Notes under the pieces: generated by a model | Seen by the model: only the letters and a program-made list of their open reading frames with translations | Databases searched by the model: none | What the model was told of the DNA's origin: nothing | Origin: Halocafeteria seosinensis | Lineage: Eukaryota | NCBI GenBank assembly: GCA_001687465.1 | Contig: LVLI01000874.1 | Span: 1 to 33,683, forward strand | DNA length: 33,683 bases | Direction of reading: 5' to 3' | Position numbers and translations under genes: made by a program | In this document: one piece after another, positions 24,250-33,683 of the stretch | Layout: the number at the start of each line of letters is the position of its first letter | Numbering within the stretch: the stretch's first letter is position 1

Positions 24250-25502
24250 ATGGATTCTTCGAACCTGGAGGAGCAGGAAAACCAGGGATCAGCCGCTTCT
24301 GCGACCGCCGCCAACAGCAATATGAACATGCGTGGCGGCGCACGGGGCACGTGTATTCTCTTGGATGCTAATGGAGCAGACATTACAAATAACAAGGAAG
24401 CTGCTTCCAACAAAGGAGGCGAAAGTCTTCGGGAAGCATTTGAGCGCTTCCGGAGAGAGAAACAACGCGCTGCCAAGGTGGAGAAGAAGAGTGGCACTGC
24501 AGCCAAGAAGCGATTGAATGACACGGAAGAAGGACGAGTATGTGGTCGGCATATAGCAGGAGGAGACATACTGTTTTTGCTATTTCTGGGATCTGCAGGA
24601 AAAGTTACGGCGAATGTTTCTGGATCGCGCAAAGTCGTATCTCGGTAAAGTACGGGAAACTAACAAACTGACTTGGTGGTCGTCGAACAGTTATTTATTT
24701 ATTTTATTTGTCGCAGCCTTATGCACAAAAATATCATGACCCCTCTAGTGAACTGTATCACTCGGATGTGTTTCTGGATTGGTAAGAAAGGTCTAATAAG
24801 TACCGATCCTTGCCAATGGTTGCTGCTGCACTACAACATTTTACCGCCATGCAGTTGCGGTCTCATTCGACAAGCGCAGCACGACCTGCAGGAATATTTT
24901 GGATTTAGACTTCCCCGCTGGAATCAAGCTTTTATGTTTGATACCCTTCCGTCCCAGGGTGATGACTGGGAGAGGCTGAAACCGGGTGACCTGGTATTCT
25001 ATGAAGGTAAGTCATGATCACTGAGTTCCATACCATAGGGGATATGTTTCCAACATTCTCTTTCTCTTATCATCTTTGCAGCGGAGTACACAAAGCCAAA
25101 CATGCGCGCTCAACGGTTTGGCATGGTGCATGTTGAAATATTTACAGGCGGGGACACAGGTGAAAAGACGTTAGGGTCCCGATGGAATGACGGGACCGTC
25201 TCTTTCTTTGATTCATACAAGTTTAGCGCGAAAGTGTGGACTAATGTTAAATACCACTTCCGGTATGTGGAACGTTGCGTGGTAGCTTCGCATTCCATAT
25301 GTGCTGCAAATTCCTGTTGCCGATGGTGCTTTCCAGATCCATTGATCCATGGCTAAAGGGAATGTGTGAGCCTGCACATCCAGAATATTGGAAAGGGAAT
25401 TCTTTTGGTTCTAGATGCGACGATCGCAATTCCATTTTTGCTCTTGCGGATGACGTTGATGATGGCGGGCAGAATGAGCCAGCGGAGCAAGAAGTTGAGT
25501 AA
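24250..25502 (+). CDS. NlpC/P60-like (papain-fold) domain protein, ~300 aa
   Basis: Exons 24250-24537, 24599-24649, 24717-24781, 24855-25006, 25082-25262, 25337-25502 (903 nt, GT-AG). FLDRAKSYLGKPY, FLDCCGLIRQ, LKPGDLVFY and MVHVEIF follow the NlpC/P60 order (A..YLG.PY, DCSG, PGDLVF, HV.I). Confidence 0.8.
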
Positions 25503-25770
25503 TCCATCAGTTCTCATTGGCTGATAGCTTTCTACGTAGGCTTGCCATGACTACCCAAGAGTTGTCTCCGAGACTAGCCCAGTAGCTCTCTTTCGCCCTA
25601 GGCGTGGTATGTCTCCTATTCTAGCCAAAACACTGTATCAACAGCAATGTCACCGTGTTGCCCCTATCCTTGAGGAGTGGGGAGCAGCAAGTGCTTCCGT
25701 AGAAAGGCACGCGCCATTCAAAGAATGAGTCGGTAGCGGATGACTAGGAATATGTACAAGACGGTTTACA

Positions 25771-26786
25771 TTATCCATCGGAGGGTGCGTCACATGCAAT
25801 TCTCCATCGAAGCTTCTTTGACCGAAAAGTGCTTTCCGATCGTTCAGGCTCGTTACCCGCTTTGCTTGCGTTTTTGTCCCTCCTTTCCTGTGATATAACG
25901 CTCGAAAGTAGCGGATGCATTATCACACCTACCGACGGTTCATTTTTGCAGGACCACTCTAAGAGAATGCCTCCATTTTCCTCTGCTAACTTCCTAGCCT
26001 CTTCCATTGAAACAGCTCTCTTTTCCTCATTAGAGGGTAAGTCTATTTTATTCGCAACAAAACCAAGGGCTCCCGAAGCATACTGCAAGTAAGAAATGAT
26101 TGCTTGATATTCCGAATAAAGCAAGTTTTGCCCCAGGGCGGCTTACCTTGTTCACTTGAGGCAGCCACTCGTCTTTGATTGCATCAAACGATGCTCTATT
26201 GGTAACGTCAAATACAAGAATTACTGCCGTTGACATGCGTAGACACATTTCGGCTACGGTAAAGAACCGAGGATTCCCTGATGTATCCCAAACGTTTATC
26301 TTGTGGTACGCTCCCCCTTGTCGACATTTCAATTGACATAAATCCATTCCGATAGTAGGATGGTACTCGTCAAATTGATTTCTTTCGCGGGGTGAAGCGT
26401 GATAGTGTTCGTCGTCGTTCTCACCACCTGGGGGATCATCATCATCTATGACCGTGGATACTCCATGACTAAAACTATCCTCCGAGCGAGGGTTATCATG
26501 TTCGGGACTGAATGCGGGTTGACATTTCCGCGACTCTGTTTCCATCCGGTGCATCAACGTCGACTTCCCTACACCTGCATGCACACCCGAATGTATTAAA
26601 ACCTGGTATGGATTGCTCTCAAGGGCACCATCACCTACGTTCAGCTCCCAGCAACACCACTTGATGGACGACCGGTTTCAGTTCAACCACGTATTGCTTC
26701 CGATCCCTTTGTCGGCGTCCATACGACTTGTCCAAGGTGGATAATCCCACCCCGGAAGTGGCCGCTGTGGAACTATTGCAGCCCAT
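25771..26786 (-). CDS. Atypical Rab-like small GTPase with N-terminal MGC acylation motif, ~295 aa
   Basis: Exons 26786-26639, 26574-26147, 26082-25771 (888 nt). VVLLGAERVGKST, YHPTIGMD, INVWDTSGNPRF, VILVFDVTNRASF, ANKIDL and EWSCK. Confidence 0.85.
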
Positions 26787-27150
26787 GGCCCTCTCTCAGC
26801 TAACTAACATGTGTACGATAGGTCCTGGCATCCTTGATTGACGACAGACATGGTTGCTGGCATGCACACCCACTCTAGGCCATGACTATTCTGAGTACCA
26901 TCATCATATATCACGAATCGTTGTGTAACGCACAACTAGTCGTCTAGCAATCTGCTGCAGCCTACAGCGAGGCTCTCCTTCCCTCTGGCGCGTGTGAAGC
27001 TGCCCTTCCGGTTGGCATAATACCGGTATGCATACAGGATTGTCAAGTCGAGGACGAAAGTTTTCATACATCCATTGATCGGTCTGGAGTCTTGCCTTTT
27101 TGTGTAGGTGCGTGTGTGTTTGCTCTTTTATTGATTGAATAAGGAGGAAG

Positions 27151-28999
27151 ATGCTGAAGAACAAGCTGTCCCTGGATGCCATCAATCTCTCCCAAAAGAG
27201 GGTCCTTATGCGAGTGGACTTTAATGTACCACTTAAAGATGTACGTATCCTTACCTTCTGCATGTCATCGTGATCTTCTATTTCCGTGTGGATGGATGAA
27301 TGGCTGAGGGAGTGACTGGAGATTGTTCGATGTTCGACGACACTATCCATTTGGATGGACAGACGGCGAGTTTCGATGCATATGTACGTGCACATGCATG
27401 GACTTGTGTGTTACACAGGGAGTGATTACGAACCCCCAGAGAATCGACGGGGCGTTGCCGTCCATCACCCATGCGCTGGACAAGGGAGCCAAGGTACGTG
27501 TCTTTGGGTGGAGGATACTCTTGTATGGCGAATATACTGCTAGTATCCATTACCTGCAGAGCGTGGTGTTGATGTCGCATTTAGGACGTCCGGATGGACG
27601 GCCAGTGCAGAAATACAGTCTGAAACCAGTGGCGGACTATCTTCAGGTACAGACACACTTCTAGTGAACACAGGAACATGTTTGTTTCGGGGACATCATG
27701 GTTCGTCTACTATGATACAGGACAAGATCGGCAAGCCGATTGAATTCGTTACGGACTGCGTGGGGACTGAAGCCGAAAGCAAAACGACCAATCCCGCCAA
27801 TGGCAGCATCATCATGTTGGAAAACTTACGGTTTCATCTCGAGGAAGAAGGCAAAGGTGTCAATGAACAAGGGGAGAAGGTAAAGGCGAAAGAAGAAGAC
27901 GTCAAGAAGTTCCGGGAGTCATTATCCAAACATGGAGATGTCTACGGTAAGCTTGAGCAATTAATGACATTGTGCATAAGTGATACCGAGTACTTGCTGC
28001 GGCCTTTGGAAGTTCAGTCAATGACGCTTTCGGAACTGCACACCGCGCTCACTCGTCTATGGTAGGTGTAGATCTTCCCCAAAAAGTGGCTGGTTTTCTG
28101 CTTAAAAAAGAGCTGGACTACTTTGCGAAGGTACGACTATGTGTAGCTGTATCCTTCGAGTGTTAACGATGTTTCATCTATTGAAGGAACCAAAGAGTTA
28201 TTAGTGCAGGCTCTTGAGGAACCGGAACGGCCATTGGTGGCTATTTTGGGCGGCGCTAAGATATCGGATAAAATTCAGCTCATTAATAACTTGCTCGATA
28301 AAGTGGATGAAATGATTATCGGTATGCGATGTGCAATTTTTAGATTCCATTATTTCCGTATTTTGTAACTTGCTGAATAAATTTTGCAGGAGGAGGAATG
28401 GTCTTCACTTTCAAGAAGCAACTGAGCAACATGTCCATAGGCAATTCTTTATTTGACAAGGATGGATCAGAAACCGTCCATCAAATCATGGAAGATGCGG
28501 AGAAAAAGGGTGTTAAAATTCACTTGGCCAACGACTTTGTGTGCGGCGACAAGTTTGATGAGAATGCTTCGGTCAAGAAAGTGACGGAAGAGGAGGGAGT
28601 TCCCGACGGTTGGATGGGAATGGACATTGGAGAACGATCTGCCAAAGAGTTTGGTGATGTGATTTCCAATGCAAAGACCGTTGTATGGAATGGCCCAATG
28701 GGTATATTTGAATGGTCTAGCTTTGAGCAAGGCACAAAATCAGTAATGGATGCTATGGTATCCGCCACTTCCAATGGAACCACTACCATCATTGGTGGGG
28801 GAGACACGGCAACCTGTTGTGCCAAGTATGGCACGGAGGAGAAAGTGAGCCACGTTTCGACGGGTGGTGGTGCTAGTTTGGAATTATTAGAAGGTATGTT
28901 CCTACTACTGTATCCTTTTGGCCGCCTGTATGTAAAGTGTAACTTTTCCTTATTTCAGGCAAAACACTTCCTGGTGTAGCTGCTTTGAGTGAGAAGTAA
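27151..28999 (+). CDS. PGK: Phosphoglycerate kinase, ~415 aa, no evident targeting extension
   Basis: Exons 27151-27240, 27419-27493, 27560-27646, 27721-27946, 28018-28130, 28210-28321, 28390-28893, 28959-28999 (1248 nt). [49 protein letters not shown] and [16 protein letters not shown]. Confidence 0.97.
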
Positions 29000-29286
29000 G
29001 TAAACTAACAAAATGGACACCCATGCTCCTATTCTTCTTGTACGGACATGTACAACATATTGAAAGATCGACATTTCTTCCATTGGTGTACTGTACGATC
29101 ATCGATCGGTTGAATCGATTCTCTACCTAATGACGTTTCGTGTTGCTTGAACTTCCTGAGTCTGAGGTCAACACGCTACAAGTACAGTCTTTTGTGTTGT
29201 TGTTTGCTACATGCACATAGTACAGTACCAAGCGAATAGTAGTTTGTTTGTTCCATGTATTGTGGGCAGTCGAAACAAAGCAAACA

Positions 29287-30425
29287 ATGATGATGGACAA
29301 TAACACGAGTGCGCAAGAAGAGGAGGAAGGGCAGCAGCCGCCGCCGCCGGCGCAGACCCAGACCCCATCTTCTTCAGGAGGAGGAGGAGGAGCTGTGATG
29401 GGTCCACTACAGCACGAAGAGGAGCTAGAATGGCAAGGTAAAGTGTCAGCCATGAGTTGAGTGCATATGTCAACGAGAACACGACGTGTTTACTGCAGAT
29501 GTGGCAATTGAGCAGGAAACTGGTCTGTTGGCTTCCTCCCATGTCCAAGGCCAGAGCCAGCAAGGCATGGGAGAGGAGCAAGAGGAGGGTGTCAAGGCCC
29601 CAACGCAGCCAAAGACAGGGTTTGCAGCCCTGTGCGCGTGTTTCTCGGTTGAGTTTTATCAGCCGTATTTTGATGTAAATACGATGGACGTGGTGAGGCG
29701 AATGAGCCGTGTGTTTTATCCACCACGAACGCCCAACTTTAGTGAATTGACGGCGGAGAAACCAGATCTTTATGGACCTATTTGGATCGGAGCGACGCTA
29801 GTCTTTCTTCTCGGGGCCATGAGCAATTTCGTCCAGTGGGCACACTTTAAGCCGGACGACCATGCCAGTATATGGAAGTATGATTTTACTCTGGTAACAT
29901 TGGCGATGGTGTTTGTCTTCTCTTACATGGGACTCATGGCATTCTTCTCTTGGGCTTTCTTGCGATATATTGGAGTGCGTCTTGCTTCGGTACGTTCCTC
30001 CTTTATCTCCTTACACACCTGCTGACTGACCACCCGAACCTGTGTTGTTACGAGCAGGGGATGGTTCGGTTGATCGGACTCTGGGGTTACGCGTTGCTCC
30101 CTTATTTCATTCCTACGGTAAGAATTGCCTCCGGTTTGTTTTCCCTCCTTCTGTGTGCGTGTGTACACATTGTGAACCCGCCCTTGTGCAGGTCCTTTGT
30201 ACGATTCCCTCCCCAGTGTTTCAGTGGATCATCACAATATTTAGCTCAGCATGCGCTGCATATTTCATGGTTTACAACTTTGCTCCTGTTTTAAGGGAGA
30301 AAATTGAAGAATTTTCCACTCAACAAGCGGGGAAGCACTATGCGAAGCTAATGGCTGTTGGCTTTGTCCTAGCACAGCTTGGCCTAGGTCTGTGCCTAAA
30401 GCTTGTATTCTTTTCCCAAGTATGA
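29287..30425 (+). CDS. Yip1-domain Golgi membrane protein (YIPF1/YIPF2-like), ~311 aa
   Basis: Exons 29287-29437, 29499-29989, 30058-30117, 30192-30425 (936 nt). FYQPYFDVNT, KPDLYGPIWIGATLVF, WKYDF, LWGY and multiple TM helices. Confidence 0.9.
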
Positions 30426-30959
30426 GTTGATATAAGCAGATTTAGTGACCGAGTAGTACTAGCAATAACGCAATTAGCTACTCAAGTATCGATGTGGATA
30501 GAAACCAGTTTCTATTAAACAAACAAAAAACGAGATGACAGACTAGCGAACGTCGTATTGCGCATGACTACTCTATTCAGGGCACACATCCACGTCCTCA
30601 GGTCTGTGTGCATCGGGAAACGACCGTACTGGTCGTTCAACGTTTCGGGTTCTACACGAGGCTCGTTTAGTTCTTTCGTCGCAAGATGTCGGTTAAATTC
30701 ATGAACAAAATGGTGCGGACACTTCGCGTAAAATCGACGCTGTACGTCAATGCTAGCAGTAAGTCCCCAACAGCAACCGCTATGCATACCATTACAAAAA
30801 TCCATCTATTATCGTATTGCCGGAGAAACACTTTTAGGAAAGCATGGTGCATGTTTTGAGAAATTGCAGATAGGAAGCTATGGAAGTTTTATAGTGGCAA
30901 CCAAGCACTACTTGGGTGATTGGACGTCGCCGCCGAAGTCGCTGCTGTGCGAGAAGTCA

Positions 30960-32442
30960 CTAAGGCGGAGTTAAGCTTGCGCATGGTTGGTTCATGGGAC
31001 ACATTGGACTCCTTCTGTTGTGGCCTCTTCGTTTACATTGGTTACACCGCACAGTCTTCCCTCTTGCCTGCTCATGGATGCCCTCTAGCCGCTGATTGTT
31101 TGGTGGTCTACCGGGAGGAATTGGGGCTACGGGAGGAATTTGCAAGACTTGGTTGGCGAGGTGTCTGTTGTCCGCGACTTCGCTGATATGTACATTGTCG
31201 TACTGGAAGTTTTCAGGAAACTGTAGTTTCCACAAGTCTGCGGAGAAGTGATTGTGGGCAAAGATACTGTTGTTGGGTACATTCCAAGGGCTCTGGCTGC
31301 GACATACATGTGTGGGCAAGGCTGCGCTTTAACTTCGGGGGCTCCACATGAACAGTTTAACGTCGGTAAGTCGACTTCACGGTGGCATGTATCTCCATGT
31401 ACTTGGACGGACGGCTGATTGGTGCTGGAGCCCTAAATTCGTGTTGTGGCAACGTATCGACGACGCGGTTACTCCGACGATTTCCTCTCCGGCGGGAGTG
31501 AGAGTCTCATCCTCCTCAATGGCTATGGAAATTGCGTTTTGACGTTTGAGAAATCGCATCGCTTCATCATGCACCACAGTGATGAGCTCTTCGAAGAAGG
31601 TACATCTCCTTACGGGGACCATAGCTTCGTTCATCGATCCCACGACGCTAGAGCTATGGTACCCTATTGTACATATTAACCCTACACGAGCCTTCGCGTC
31701 GGTGTGCCTGGAACAGGAACTGCAGATGTGGAGAGACCTGCATGATATGGTTTACCTGTTTGGCAGGAGCATCACCTTCTAGTTTTCCGATAGCAACACT
31801 GTAGTCTTCGGTGTTGCAAGCCGTCATCGTATGCTCATACAGTTTTTGCAGTTTGTATCCCGAACGCCCGAATCTCTTGACGGAGTTATCTTCCCTATGT
31901 TTCGAACATAGGAAGGGAAACGCTTCCTCACTAACATTGGTGAATGCTGATATTTCTCCCTTATCAGCGTCCATAATAAAAGTTGTGTTGCAGCGATCAA
32001 TTTCCGGAAAATTTTTCCTTCACGAAACTGAAAAACTTTTCCCAGGAGCTTTGGCTTTCGTTGTAGAGTTGAAACGCGGCCCCAACTAGTATCGCTTCTT
32101 TGTTCCCGCTTATTCCCCAGAGGGAGTAAAGAAAACCTGAGTCGTTCAACATATGCACCGCGTCCGAGAAAAAGACTGGTGCCATATTGTCTATATTCTT
32201 TTTCTTTGGAGAGAAGCCGAGGAAGGACATAAACTTAGCGTCTTCGGGAGATTCAGCACGTCTTCCTCATTCTCACGGATGTCATGATGGACCGTTTCCT
32301 TGCTAGAGAGAGTCCTTCCCAGCTGTCTTTCCGATTTCTGTCTCCGCCGTCTCTCTTTCCGCCTAGCAATGGAGTTCATCTCGTCTTTGTTGATGGTCTC
32401 ATACCTACAGTGATGTCCCCTGCCCCGAAGAAGTACAGCCAA
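30960..32442 (-). mobile_element. Degenerate Mutator-like (MULE) DDE transposase pseudogene with SWIM finger and zinc knuckle
   Basis: Fragments in different frames: VFFSDAVHM..G..N....VGAA....NES..SWEKFF, IMDADKG..AF......FLCSKH..DN, NCSCGAP....PCPHM (SWIM) and VRCNQCKRRGHNRRS (knuckle). Several frameshifts and stops; no terminal inverted repeats found. Confidence 0.82.
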
Positions 32443-33683
32443 CGGAGGTACTTATTTGACGTTGGCCTCCGGATTTCGCAATTTCATGGAGAACGCCTCC
32501 TTCTTCACTGTAGTGGAGGCAGGGAAGGCGCCAAATGCTGTTTTAGGAACTGATTAGACATCCTGACGCCACCTCTTGTCCGCAAGTGTCATTTTCAACA
32601 AGGGATTTTAGAAGGCATTCACAAGGCCAATTTTCTAACAAGGATTTTAGTTGTGTAACACAGAGACGAATCCATTATTTTCCTTTCCTTCCAAACATAG
32701 GGTTTTTACTTGTTTCAGAAGAAGGATTTCTAACACGGATTTATCACTCACGCGCAAGGATAATTTCTAGCATGGATTCCGAACCTGTCTCACTGGGATA
32801 AATAAAAAAGTACTACTTAACCCTTTTTCTTTTACAAATACTAATCAAAAGAAAATTCAAGTTTTTCTTCTTTTTCAAATAAAACAAAAAGCAATTTAAA
32901 AATGATTTTGATTTACTACTTAGAAATAATTTAAGTAGTGTAATTATGGTTGAAAGTGTCGCTATAGAAATCTGCATATCATTTCCACCAGTTTACGTTG
33001 NGACTCAACTTGTGAGCAACAGCGGTATCCCACATGCTTCCCACTTACGCGAAGGAACAGCGGAGTGGTGTTAAAAGTTTTCACACCAAAATGTACGAGT
33101 TTCCGACCGCCCGGTCGGTTCAGTCCGACCGTCAGGTCGGACCCTTTCTCGGCGTGCCGTGGACCCAGAGGTGGTCTTCCTCGAAACATATCATCCTGAA
33201 TCGTTCTTCTTGTCTCTTTTTTCTCAGTTTTGGTGTGTTCAGTCTGCAGAAATAAGCAATTAGTGGATCTCGACGCGGTCGGAAGAAGTCGGAACGTAGG
33301 GGCTCCCCACCCCAACAGAATGGAGCGCCGGACAATACTGGATATCGTCTTATCAGTGCATTGTTAGACTGCCAATCCGTATTATAAGACTAAAAGGACT
33401 ATGTTTACAGGGACAAGAACATCTCCTCGTGTAGATGGGTGGCGAAGAATACTTCTGCGCAGATTTTTGCCGTGCCTTGACAGGCTGGACTGCAACCAGA
33501 ACGAGTCTACCTATGTACGGTGTTTACAATGTAATACTTGGCCTGTTTCGTTTTCAAGTGAGCTCTTACTGTGCAGTTGAGACCGCTGGTTGTGGAGATC
33601 GCTCGGTCGAAGACCCTCGAATAAGCCAGGGAGCTAGTTGAGCCTGGGATTTGGAGGAGAGTAGACTGCAGACTTGTTATATG

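Noticed and set aside
27141..27150. Shine-Dalgarno-like AAGGAGG before the PGK ATG
   Set aside because: The gene has seven spliceosomal introns; a purine-rich leader is expected by chance.
26787..27150. Rab/PGK divergent spacer (364 bp) nearly the same length as the EF-Tu/gamma-CA spacer (365 bp)
   Set aside because: No shared sequence seen; likely coincidence in a compact genome.
30430..33683. Terminal inverted repeats or TSD for the MULE
   Set aside because: No matching inverted sequence was found by eye between the left and right flanks within the window.

Overview
Gene-dense nuclear DNA from a ciliated/flagellated microbial eukaryote (standard code; GT-AG introns mostly about 60-140 nt; a stramenopile-like lineage is only a guess). 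Hand-spliced gene models give, in order: the 5' part of mitochondrial EF-Tu head-to-head with a gamma-carbonic-anhydrase-like complex I subunit, APC6/CDC16, a ~180-bp tandem repeat, a decayed CRE-like (REL-endonuclease) non-LTR retrotransposon fragment flanked by a 39-bp direct repeat, an orphan ORF, IFT38/CLUAP1, a large C2/coiled-coil protein, an HPP-family membrane protein, a DBP2/DDX5-type DEAD-box helicase, a DUF985 cupin, an NlpC/P60-like protein, an N-acylated atypical Rab-like GTPase, PGK, a Yip1-domain protein and a decayed Mutator (MULE) transposase. The most striking unexplained signal is in the DEAD-box helicase gene. Two oversized introns (589 and 350 nt) can fold extensively into long stems that bury cryptic splice sites whose use would create premature stops. 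The motif-V intron known for autoregulation in yeast DBP2 and human DDX5 is present but only 73 nt. This suggests a relocated, structure-based helicase autoregulatory splicing switch. All gene models and base pairings were read by eye; no folding programs or database searches were run.
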